Shown in pieces: positions 1-12,235 of a stretch of DNA of 64,000 bases. The DNA lies in assembly GCF_009914755.1 (NCBI RefSeq), contig NC_060938.1. One strand, given 5' to 3'. The DNA comes from the human T2T-CHM13v2.0 reference genome, Homo sapiens. The notes beneath the pieces were generated by a model that made no database searches, was not told the DNA's origin, and saw only the letters and a program-made list of their open reading frames with translations. The translations under genes were made by a program, and so were the position numbers. Position 1 is the first letter of the stretch, and the number at the start of each line of letters is the position of its first letter.

Positions 1-340
1 TCCAACCCTATGGATCCTGATGTAAATTTATATAGAAATTTCATCTGCAGTTTTATAGACTACATACTCAAAAAATAATCAGATAACATGCAGATCCTGG
101 CCTCTTAAGAGACTTATGTGTTCACACAGACATCATCAACTCCAAAAGTACAGTAAATTTTCAAGTGCCCTCCTCCAAATTCTATCGGCTCTCAATAAAA
201 ATATATATCGTTTCTTACAATGATGAAATAAATAGAGGGAGTAAGAGAACAGACTTTTTTTAAGCTTTATTACTCTGTTCTTTAGTGTTATAAGTAAACT
301 AGTCTGACTACTTAGTTGAAATTCAAAAATCTTTAATTCT

Positions 341-383
341 AAAATATATATATATAAATATATATATAAAAATATATATATTT
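341..383. repeat. (TA)n low-complexity tract
   Basis: aaaatatatatatataaatatatatataaaaatatatatattt. Confidence 0.85.
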
Positions 384-457
384 AATAAGAAAAGAGAAGC
401 CTTCTGCACTGTTGAGGCCTTCTGGCTTTTTACTAGGATGTTCCAACAGAATTCAAA

Positions 458-633
458 CAGCAGTAACTCAGTTCTGAATGCAAGTTAGAATCACCTGGAA
501 ACGAGAAAATGCTGATATCCAGGTTCCTTCCCCAAGGAGTTAGATTTTATTAATCTGGGCTGGCAATCTGGAATTGGTGTATATGAAAGCTCTCCAGCTG
601 GTTTTAATATTCAGCCAAAGTTAAGAACCACTG
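458..633. mobile_element. MER5B-like hAT-Charlie MITE
   Basis: ttagaatcacctgg near the left end and cagccaaagttaagaaccactg terminus match the recalled MER5 consensus; ~175 bp. Confidence 0.75.
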
Positions 634-1044
634 GTGGAGTCTTAATTATTACACAAGGATTCTAACACAATTAACTAGGAAAAAATATTACATAACAAAA
701 AAATTATTACATAAAACAATGAAACATCATTATGTAAGTTTATAAACATTGAAAGCCATGGTATGGTAGAGATCAGTAGAAGGGCAGCAAGTTTGGACCC
801 TAAGATTTCAATGTTATTATTGATACCAGGTTTCTGTGTAAATATCAAGACAATAACTACAACACATATATGAAAACAAATTTCAGATGTTTCATTACAG
901 TGTAGCCATTGGGAAAAAGCACACTTACTAGGTTCAGAAATAGGATTACAAAGATGGATAAAACAATGCCTCTGCTCACAAGCAGCTCAAAATTGAGATT
1001 TGAAGCAAAATAGCAGCATAGCTGGAGCATGAGACTAAAGTTTC

Positions 1045-1245
1045 TTTATTGAGTTCTTACTGTGTGCTGGGCACTGCTCTAACATAGCACATGAAATGTC
1101 TTTGCCCCATTTTACAGGTAAAGAAATGGAGGAACTTAAAGGATAAGGAAATTATCCAAAGTCATATTGTTGGTAATGGTGGAGCAAGGACTTTAACTAC
1201 AACACCACACCTGGAGAACCTGCACTTGTAACCACCATGCCATAC
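1045..1245 (-). mobile_element. MIR SINE fragment
   Basis: tttattgagttcttactgtgtgctgggcactg followed by MIR core ccccattttacaggtaaagaaatggagg. Confidence 0.7.
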
Positions 1246-2779
1246 CACTTTTCAATCTCAAAATCTCTCAGATTCTGTTAGTCAATGACCCACTGTCTTC
1301 TGTGAAAATTTGTATGCGCTTATCAAGAAAGAAGTGTTCTTTTGAAAACTGAAATTATTTGGTGCCTTATTAAAAGCAAGATTTGAGATACTTTGTTTTC
1401 TTTTTTAAGGTTTTGAACAATGTTTAACAAAAATAAATTAGTGATGTTTGACTTTCACCAGTGGAAAACAATTCTTGGTAACTTACAACCTAGATAATTT
1501 TATAGAAGTGGTTGGATAAAATAACTTATAAAATTGAAAGAAAACCTGGAAAAACACATCTTGGCAAGTTCAGGGACTGAAGAGGTTCTGGCAATATAGG
1601 AAGCAAGAACAATAAACTTTTTCAAGTCTCTCAGATTTAAATAAATCATATTCAACCATGTCCTCTGCTTGTATCACTTTACTAAATATTCAGATTTCAG
1701 GAAGAGTGGGATTGGCTGAGCTTTGGGTCACATGCCCACCTGCTAACCAGGAGAGACTTGGCATCTTGATAATCAATTCTACCATAACCACTTGAAATGT
1801 GGAGAAATATGTCTCCAAAGAAATTTCTTAAAAGAATGATGGAATCAGGCAATAACCTCTGGCTAATAAACCCCTACTAATATTGAAACGGAGCAATGCA
1901 ATAATTTTTAAAAGCCTTATAAAATAAGTCTGTCTGTTGGTTAAAAACTGCCCCGAAGAGGAAGTGGGAGGGTGCAAAGTGTAATTCATTTGCAAGATAG
2001 CTGCAAGGACAATTACCATGCATCAATAAGCTTATTCATCCTCCCCTGAAACCTACCTTCCTAACCTCTTACATTATGCTTTCAGAACAAGATTTCGGAA
2101 CAAGATTTGTCCTGTTTTAGATAATTAAGGCTGGAGCTGCTGATTAACCCCAAAGCTTCTATCATTGAAATGGGTTTAACATGAGACCAGGAAAAGCTCT
2201 TTGCTAAGCTAAAATTTGAAATGACGACTTGTCTTCTCTTGACTAATTCCCTTCTGAAGGCTGCATCTCACTCTCCAAGTAGAACAAGAGAGGTATTTCT
2301 CCACACATTTCTGGCTAGGCCTAAGCATTTTCTCACAATATCATTTCTACATTTATGACAGTCTTTTCATCATTTGATTTCAATGGTAATGATCCTTCTG
2401 TTGTCTATGAGATCAAGTTTAAGTTCCTCATCACCAGTTTTCCAGCTGCACATCACCCTACTACTTCAGAAACACACTGTATTCCAGCCACACCAAAATA
2501 TTAACTGTGCCTCCACAAAATGGGGTGCCTTTCCAAGTCTGCGTCCCTATACATTCTCTGCTTTTCTTAACTTTTCTATTTCATAAAGTGTCATTCTTGT
2601 ATTAAATAAGTTCAAGGATCAAGCAACCTACTCAAGAACTATAGACCTCTCTAGGTCTCTATTAGTAGCTTGTACATTACAACAAGCTTGATGAAGAATC
2701 TTGAGCCATATCCTATCCAGCAGCTGCTAGGGCCACCCACTCCTAGGATTCCACACCCAGCGTAGCCTGCCATGTTTTG

Positions 2780-2960
2780 TTCATATTTCTATTAAAATAG
2801 TTTGACAGTATTATAATTATTTGTTTACCAATATGTCTCTCCTTTTACACTGTGAACTGCTTAGGGATAGTGCCCTTTTGTAATCATCTATCACCATGAA
2901 TTCAATAAACATTTATTGAATATCTCCTATGCTGAAGAACTTATCTAAGTACTAGGGATT
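2780..2960. mobile_element. L2 3' end fragments
   Basis: cactgtgaactgcttaggga and ttcaataaacatttattgaat are typical L2 3' motifs. Confidence 0.5.
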
Positions 2961-3514
2961 CAATTATAAAAATATAAATAAATCCTGCTGTCATAGCACC
3001 TAGAGCACAGGGTCTTGACAAAAACACAGACAATGAAGCAGGCCATTATAACATTCTGTGATGAGTACAATGATAGGAAAATACTGGATTGTATAGGAAC
3101 ACATTGAATCCTTATGACCATCCCATAAGACAGGTCCTTCATTATACTGATGAAGAAATTGGAAAGCTAAGATGTTATAATTAATTTGCTTCAAGTCAGG
3201 CAGGAGACAATAGACCTATATGCTATCCCAAACCCTGAATACCCAAAACTGAAGGCTCATCTATTGTGTTATGTTGCTTCTTTTCCCAGAAGAAGATGAG
3301 AACAGATGCAATCACCTGTGGAAGCTGGGTGAGAAAAAGAGAGGGCCTAAGACATACTCCCAGGAAAAATCAACACACAAAGACAGAGATAAAAGGCTGC
3401 CCTAAAAGGCAAAGTGAAATAGGAAAAACAAAAAGTAGGTTGAAAACCAGGACAGTTTGTATCCATAGAAGCAAAGAGAATAGAATACCTGACACAATGA
3501 CCAGTGTGAAATAG

Positions 3515-3821
<307 letters not shown>

Positions 3822-4034
3822 CACTTAATGCACATAAAATGACAAACTAGCTTAATAAATACAATCATGAAACAAGCCTTCTTGTATTTCTTTCTTAAAG
3901 AAAGCTTGAGGATTATTTCTAACTCTTTGTAGGAGAATTTAAACATAGTGTATGTAAAATGATAAATATAAACATGAAAATCACTTAGATGGCATTTTTC
4001 AATTATGTTAAAATAGTCACAAACTGAGACATGC

Positions 4035-4595
4035 ACTTTAAATTGTGTGGCTTTATTATAATTAAACTTACTGCTGTAAATACAAGATAACTGGATGATT
4101 AGATACTTGCTTAAGGTCTTGTGAATACTTTCATCTTTTCTAGAAGACAGCTTACAAGTAGAAATTGCCAATTCATTGAAAGCTCTGACAACACAATCCA
4201 TCAAAGATGAAACTGCTGACTAGATTCTGCCTCTAATACTGGGATAGATTCTGACTTAAGTACTTTATAAATGAATCACTATTTTTACTTGATGGATGAT
4301 ACAAAATACATTCCTGGACATACACGCAAATGTTCAAACATAGAAATGACCACAAATAATAAGTGAAAAAAGAAGCTTTAAATTCAGTTAGCACTCTGCA
4401 GGGATAGAATAAGGATGGAATTCATTCAAGACAAATCACTGTGGTAATCTTTCCAGATAATATTTTAAGATGTGAGAATCATGAGGTTAACTTTGCATTG
4501 GTCTGGCTTATTCCTAGACTCTGCATGATCGATTCTATTGTGCAGTGCTATCAGATGTACTATTTTGTAGATCACAGCATATGCCATTCATCAAT
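4035..4595 (-). ncRNA. candidate terminal exon of a spliced non-coding transcript
   Basis: minus-strand acceptor tttgttcttctttctttatctcctcaccgaccag| ending at 4596; AATAAA on minus at 4052-4057; no long ORF; 3' end is a guess. Confidence 0.35.
4534..4561. repeat. copy 1 of dispersed motif TCTATTGTGCAGTGCTATCAGAT(G/A)TACT
   Basis: 23 nt identical, 27/28 overall, with 5118-5145. Confidence 0.95.
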
Positions 4596-4952
4596 CTGGT
4601 CGGTGAGGAGATAAAGAAAGAAGAACAAAGGTAAATAAATTATAGACTACTGTTTAATTGAAGTTACTGTAATAGTTATAATCGACTCAATTTCATAACA
4701 AGGTTAACTCCCCTAATGTATTCTATTACATTCCATTTTAGAAGACCTCCATTGAACAAGACATTATCAAACAAGTATTGTTTTCAGTTAGTGAAATTAC
4801 CTCAGTAAAAAAATAAGAAAACATAATACTTTCAGTCAACATGCATTTTTTCAAATCAAATTTTCAATCACCCATAAATTCACAAATAGTTGTACTGGAA
4901 TTTGTTCTCAGCATAAGGTATAATTTATCTTATTTCTAGTATGTTAACTCAC

Positions 4953-5154
4953 CCTATGGTGTTACTGATACATTTTCTCTATGAAACTGCATGAAGGAGC
5001 ATATGAATTGTGTGTCCAATAACCAGTCATCTACGAAGCACCTTGATTAATGATGCTTTCACATCTGTTCTCTTCCATTCATAGTCCACACTTTGATAAT
5101 CTAGTCCAATGCCAGAGTCTATTGTGCAGTGCTATCAGATATACTGTCTGGTGG
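4953..5154 (-). ncRNA. candidate 202-nt internal non-coding exon
   Basis: acceptor tgactaaggatacttactgttttag|CCACC and donor CCATAGG|gtgagt on the minus strand; stops in all three frames. Confidence 0.45.
5118..5145. repeat. copy 2 of dispersed motif TCTATTGTGCAGTGCTATCAGAT(G/A)TACT
   Basis: direct match to 4534-4561, offset 584 bp. Confidence 0.95.
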
Positions 5155-5322
5155 CTAAAACAGTAAGTATCCTTAGTCACCTTTTGGTAGAATATCAATT
5201 TAAAAATCCAAACAGACTAAGGCTTCTAAAGAAGTGCTATAGTGGTGAAACTTTCTAATTGTTTAATTCCTTGTGTGATATTATTTTCCCAAAAGTTGTA
5301 TGTCAGGTCATTCTTACAGCTG

Positions 5323-6077
5323 TATTTTATCAAATAATAGTTTGATAAAATAATATTTTATCAAATAATAGTTTGATAAAATAATATTTTATCAAATAAT
5401 AGTTTGATAAAATAATATTTTATCAAATAATAGTTTGATAAAATATTTTATCAAATAATAGTTTGATAAAATAATATTTTATCAAATAATAGTTTGATAA
5501 AATAATATTTTATCAAATAATAGTTTGATAAAATAATATTTTATCAAATAATAGTTTGATAAAATAATATTTTATCAAATAATAGTTTGATAAAATAATA
5601 TTTTATCAAATAATAGTTTGATAAAATAATATTTTATCAAATAATAGTTTGATAAAATAATATTTTATCAAATAATAGTTTGATAAAATAATATTTTATC
5701 AAATAATAGTTTGATAAAATAATATTTTATCAAATAATAGTTTGATAAAATAATATTTTATCAAATAATAGTTTGATAAAATATTATTTTATCAAATAAT
5801 AGTTTGATAAAATAATATTTTATCAAATAGTTTGATAAAATAATATTTTATCAAATAATAGTTTGATAAAATAATATTTTATCAAATAATAGTTTGATAA
5901 AATAATATTTTATCAAATAATAGTTTGATAAAATAATATTTTATCAAATAATAGTTTGATAAAATAATATTTTATCAAATAATAGTTTGATAAAATAATA
6001 TTTTATCAAATAATAGTTTGATAAAATAATATTTTATCAAATAATAGTTTGATAAAATAATATTTTATCAAATAATA
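5323..6077. repeat. 31-bp palindromic AT-rich minisatellite, 24 units plus a partial unit
   Basis: unit TATTTTATCAAA-TAATAG-TTTGATAAAATA-A; two units are 3 bp shorter and one has a variant spacer. Confidence 0.98.
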
Positions 6078-6418
6078 CTGTTATCAAATAACAGTAAATG
6101 CAGTATTTTCCATTTCATTTTTGCATGTCCTACCCTTTCGAAGATTGATTAAAAACCTACCATTTCAAGCACAAAAATTTAAGGACAAACAAACACTGTC
6201 CCTCGTATAAAATATGTACTGTGACAAGCACGAATGTTTAAGGACAAGGAAAGCTTTTAATTACTATAAAATATGAACAAAGCTACTTATAATCATATCC
6301 AATATTTTTTTCCTTTTAGGAAGTCCTTTTCCTACTACTTATTGACTACTCAATTTACTCCAGTCTGAATTGTGACATCATTCCACCAATAATTTCTTAT
6401 TAAGAGCACCACTTTAGG

Positions 6419-6735
<317 letters not shown>

Positions 6736-6744
6736 TCATTAAAT

Positions 6745-7260
6745 TTACAACATTGATGGACCTGAAGTACATTATCCTAAGTGAAATGGGCCAGAGACAG
6801 AAAGAAAATATTGCATGATCCCACTCATATGTAGAATTAAATAAATAGATAAGAGAGAGAAAGAGAGAGAGAGAAATAGATTGATAGATTAAATACATAG
6901 AGATAGAGAATAAAACAGAGGTTTACCAGAGTAGGGATCTTAGGGAGCGGGTAGAAAATGGAGAGATGGAAGTAAAGGATACAAAGTAGTAAATATATAG
7001 GATGAAAACACTGAAAGATCTAATCTACAACATGAAGGCTATAGTTAATAATAGTGTATTATATTTAGGATTTTTGCTAAATGAGTAGATTGTAGCTTCT
7101 CTTGCCGCAGAGGGAGAAATAGGTGGCCATGTGAGATGATAGATATGCTAATTTGTTCCACTATAATAACCATTCTAATATATATATATATACACACACC
7201 AACATATATATCTTAAAATATCATGATGTATACTTTTAGACAATAAAATTTATTTAAAAA
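6745..7260 (+). mobile_element. old L1 3' UTR (L1MA9/10 or L1MB-like) with internal GA/GATA microsatellite
   Basis: gatggacctgaagtacattatcctaagtgaaat...ctatagttaataatagtgtatt L1M 3' UTR motifs. Confidence 0.8.
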
Positions 7261-7649
7261 ATGCAATGGTCGCTCTTCTTTCTTTGTCCTTCTGGAATTA
7301 TCAAGGTATATTACACAAGTGTCTGCTCAATCCTTGTGGAAAAACTCTTCTCTTTACTTTCATGACTTACATCCTTCTTATACTGAAGGATGTTTCTGTA
7401 TGAAAAGATGAGATGAGGCCAAAACAAAACACAAAAAACAACTTTCCTTCTTCACACGTAGGCTAAGAATAAAATTTTAAATGTAGCCTTCTTCCTTGAG
7501 ATAAATGGACTCAGATAGCCACACTATTTTCAAAGTCCTACCTTTTGCAAACACTATCAAGAGATCAATTAAGAAGTTATTTTTATAATAATTTTTATGT
7601 TAAAAGTACATTTTCACTGGAAATGTCACATGTTCTGATTATCAAAATA

Positions 7650-8695
7650 AAAAAGATCTAAACACAAAGCTTAGATTATAAAACTTCTAGAGGAAAATAC
7701 AGGAAATAATATTTACAACCTTTGGGTAGGCAAAGATTTCTTGGACCACAAAAGCACTAACAATAGAAGAAAATGAACAACTGGAGTTCATAAAAAATAA
7801 AATATTCAACTTTTCAAGTTATTGTTAAGAAAACGAAAAGGCAAACCACAGGGAAGGAGAAAATGCTTGCAACACACACATAACCTAAAAAGTAAGAGCT
7901 CTTATAACTCAATAATAAAAAGACAACATGCCATTTTTTATGGGGAAAATGATTTGAATGGACAATTCACAAAATAATCTGTTAATAACATGTGAATAGA
8001 TGGCCAGCACCTTTTATCACCAGAGGAATAAAATTTAAGCTATACAGAAATTCCAGTAGGTATTCATAGGAATAGCTAAAATTTAAAAAGCTGACAATAT
8101 CAAATGTTGATAGGTATATGAAGCCTTGAAACTCTCACTCATTTCTGGTGGTGGTGCAAAATGCTACAGCAACTTTGTGAAACTCTTTAGCAATTTATTG
8201 TAAAGTTAAACATAATTCTACTCTTACTCAGCAGTTCTAGTTGTAGGTATATAAACAAGAGAAATAAATCATTTCCTTATTCAAAAAGACATATATGAAT
8301 GTTTCTAGCAGCTTTATTTAGAATAATAAAAAGGTGGACATAATGGAAATATTCATCAAGGGGTGAATGGAAAAGCAAATTATGAAATATTCCCACAGTG
8401 TAGCCTTCAATTAAATGGAACAAACTACTGATTCACACTATAACACAGATGAATCTAAAACTCAATATATGGACCAAAAGAAGATAGAAACAAAGATACT
8501 GTATGGTTCCATTTGTGTTAAAATTTCTAAAAGGCAAAATTAATTAAGAAATAAGATCAGTGGTTGTCTAGGACCAAAGGGAGGGTGGGAAGATGAACCA
8601 CAAAGGCCTCTAGGACACTGTTCAGGTTGATGGTGGCACAAAGGCATACATTTCTCAAAATGCACTTAAAATTATACTTCAAAACATTGACTATA
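7650..8695 (+). mobile_element. ancient L1 (L1MC/ME-like), ORF2 end and 3' UTR
   Basis: aaacttctagaggaaaatacagga...gggtaggcaaagatttctt; degraded L1 3' sequence. Confidence 0.75.
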
Positions 8696-9577
8696 TGATT
8701 ATATTCTCACTAAAATATTTTAATGTTCCATAGTCATTTCTGATTATAAAAGTAATATATGCTAACTATAAACCTTCAAATATTTCAAAGGTACAAAACA
8801 TAAAAATGGATATCTTCCATATTATTACCTCCTCCTGAGGAACACATTTTAAAATAATGTAGTATATCTTACTTCAGAATGTTGTATATATAATATATAT
8901 ACACATACATACACACATGTATCTATGTATATACATATTTTACAAAAATTGGACAAGCTTCATATAACCTATTTTCTACTTGTTTTCTTTTAAACTAATG
9001 ATTCTTTGTGATGTTCTATGTCAGTTCATACAACATTCTAATGAATTCAATACAATTTTCTAATGAATGTCATACTAATGGTATGGTAATATATTTTATA
9101 GCTGTACTATAATTTATCAATATCTATCAGTGGAAAAATATTCAAAATACACTTTCAGATATTTAAGCTGACAAATAAATGTGTCACTCTTTTAATAAAA
9201 GATATCTTTATTGACTACTTTAGTAAAATAATGCTTTGTGTAATTTACCCAGAGTCGGAATATATTTATATCAGCCATGCATCTTCAAAACTGATGAAAA
9301 ATACTAAGAGTAGAAACACTGCATGATTAAGTGTGAAGTTTCAAGAAACCTTTTGAATCAAATGGAGAAAATGCAGCCCGGGTTGATTAAAAGAAGTATC
9401 CAACGTCATATAGATTGTGGTTGGCAGAGCCAGCATCAGTGCCAAGCTCCCGAATCTTAGTGTAGTGTTTTTCACACATTTTCCTTTGTGCAGAATTCAC
9501 TAACCTGGAAGGGGCTTCAATCCACAATCTTGGCATCATTAACATTGCATCTGAACACCTGAGGTGACCAATCTTAC

Positions 9578-9730
9578 CTGCAGTTGAATTATTCAGTAGA
9601 AAGAAACACTATGCAATGAGGGTACGGAGGTAGCATGGTGCTTGTCTTTCAGGAATGATTCTTTATGCTTCACAATTTAACATACCGCAACAGCACGATG
9701 CATCTAATGATTTTTTAAAACAGCTTTCTG
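9578..9730 (-). ncRNA. candidate non-coding exon
   Basis: strong donor CAG|gtaaga at 9577; NAGNAG acceptor cttgtttctgtttatgctgtcagcag at 9728-9732; stops in all frames; could instead be a first exon. Confidence 0.3.
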
Positions 9731-10539
9731 CTGACAGCATAAACAGAAACAAGTTTATTTTGAGTGAGCAGCTGCTGTTTTTTCATCGAGGAACGTCACT
9801 AGCTGAAATAATGCAGCAGGCTGGCACTGCCGTGAGTGGATAAACATCTACGGGGTTTGTGGACTGGCAAACATAAGACCATTCTGCTTCTGTTGCAATT
9901 ACCAATAAACCAAACAGCCCATCTTCAATTTTATGAGACTGAAAAGTTAAGCCAGTCTGCAAAAGAGTTACAGAAATGGGCTGCACAGATTGCCTTATTT
10001 TAATGAATGGATCAACTGCAAATGACAGATTTTTTTTTTTTGGTCCATCTATGTGGTATTTGTAAGTTTATTTTTCAGGTTTTGTTGAATTAATTATTTT
10101 TTAATGTACTCATATCCCTTTAAACATATTTCTTACATGAAACAGTTACGTTTATAGAAAAAGTTAATTTCAGCAAAATTCCATTTTTTGATCTGTGACA
10201 ATCTATTCATTAATATTTACATGTTCTCAACAAAGATTTTAGTGCTCTAACTTTGGTCTCAAAGAAAAAAAAAATCTGAGAAAGAACATTTGGTCAGTAA
10301 ATGACCTCAAAAAATTTGTGGATTGACAGTTTTGAAACAAGTGATTTCTCTTTTTTGGAGTGTTTTATGTTTTCGTGATTCCACCTTCATTTTAGTGCTT
10401 CAGGGAAGGCCAGGAAAGTATCTTGTTTGTCCACTCCTGCATACCTCTAATTATGTAACACCATCTTTTTGGCTGACCTCAAAAATTCCATTTAAATTAA
10501 GTATAATAACTAATTACATGTTCTATTAAGAAGGTTTTT

Positions 10540-10660
10540 TTTAAAGTTTTAACTCACTGAAGAGTTGAAAAAATAGTACAGAAAGTCCTCATATACCCTT
10601 CACCTGGCTTCCTTTACAGTAACATGTTGCATAACCAAATAATATTTATCAAAATTAAGG
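10540..10660 (-). mobile_element. L1M 3' fragment (L1MC-like)
   Basis: aaaaatagtacagaaagtcctcatatacccttcacc motif. Confidence 0.5.
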
Positions 10661-12009
10661 AATGTTTTGCATTAGACTTTATAATTTTTTAAAATGTGAT
10701 TAATATAAGAATGCTATGAAATGATAAACATACTGTACAAGCACAAGAAGCTAAAAGAAGAAAAATCAAATATCAAGAGATTTCTGAGAGGGGAGAGATT
10801 ACTTCCAACCAAGTAGTTCACTGAAGGGTTCATGGTTTAGAGGAATTTCCACTGGGAACTGGATGGTGACGGGGATCTAGACAGATAACAATGAAGCTGG
10901 AGGGAGACCTTTTAAGTTTAAAAACAAGGAATGAGATAGAAAGCAAAAATTCAAGTGTACATGGAGTTGTGAAAATCACCCTAGGAAAATTTGGAAACAA
11001 ACAAAAGACTAATTTACCTTGTTTGTTTCCCTTTCATTGACTTTTCAATGTAAGAATTTTATTGTTAAATCATTAAAGAACTATAAATTGTGAGAATCAG
11101 ATGAAAAATAATAATTAAAAGAAAGTCTGCAAACCTTGATCCCATGGTAAGCTATTGAATGTGCCATTAAATTAGATAGTGAACTCTTTCTTGGCCTAAT
11201 CCCATATAATTATAATTCTGTTCTCACACACTCTCACTTTTGCATAGTTAGCATCTCAGCAGTTGAAGAGGTCATGTCCTTAGGGTGTCAATTAATCAAA
11301 TTGCAGAAACTTCACCATTTTCTTTAACACTTTAAGCACATTTAATACTGGTATCCTTGAGGATCATGGACATTTGCTAAATGTTAAGTATAAAAAGCAA
11401 TCAATTATTCATGTGCTGTGTTATTAATATCATTTGGATTTATATAACACAGATGTTTTAACAATAGGACTAGTCTGGATTAATGAAGTATAGGCCAGTT
11501 ACCAGTTAAAAAGGCAACAAGTTGCCAAGATAATTCTCAACGCCCCTTGGGTTAAGGAGCAATAGCATGTTGTTGGTAAGAGCAGTTGTTGATATTGGCT
11601 GCCCTACAAAGATTACTTAATGCCTACTGAATTGTTTGTAGAAAGGATAGAGGTGTTACACAAATTCTCATTCTAGAAATTTAATTTTATTTCAAAAGGA
11701 GTGAACATCTCTCCTTATATGGAACTTCCAGATCATTGAAAGCAGATTGAGCAGAAGAATGCAAACAAATTTGTTTTGACCTTTATTCAAATTCAGCAAC
11801 ATGAGCAATCCTTATCTTGGGAATAGAACCTGGAACTTTATGGAAGAGTGAACCCAGATTACCACATATTATGCTCTTCTTTTTTTCCTTTTTTTTTTCA
11901 CTGAAGTCATCACTAACAAAAAACTCAATTCTAAAGGTAATTCCCACCTCTTCTCAATCTACCCAAATTTTATCTAATTATGCATGACCCTCGACTTTCA
12001 ACTTTATTG

Positions 12010-12225
12010 TAAAGACTTAACTGGTCACCTTTCCTCAGGAGTGCTCCCTCCTCTCATAGTTCTGTAAAACATGTTCCATACCATCTATTGCAGTGTTCTA
12101 TATTGTATAGTTATTTGTTCATGTGCCTTATTACTTTGTCTTCCCAACTAGATTGAGATCTCCTTGAAAACAGATCTGCTACTTATTAATAATCCTTCCT
12201 ATGATAAATGTTCCTGAAATATTTG
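12010..12225 (+). mobile_element. L2 3' fragment
   Basis: tcttcccaactagattgagatctccttga motif. Confidence 0.55.
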
Positions 12226-12235
12226 AAGCCTGACT

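Noticed and set aside
4517-4580. Ig/TCR V-segment end (DSA...FYCAV; VYCAV at 5118)
   Set aside because: DSA and YCAV are out of frame with a stop between, there is no upstream V exon and no proper heptamer-spacer-nonamer RSS.
4548-4593. C/D box snoRNA on the minus strand (TGATGA...CTGA)
   Set aside because: Only about 43 nt from box C to box D, no terminal stem, and the second motif copy lacks a C box.
5130-5162. Plus-strand 33-nt micro-exon (tgtgcag|...ACA|gtaagt)
   Set aside because: Poor pyrimidine tract, unrecognised peptide and no partner exons; the minus-strand reading has stronger signals.
5323-6077. CRISPR-like array (about 30-bp palindromic repeats)
   Set aside because: No unique spacers, units are head to tail, no cas genes, and the context is primate DNA.
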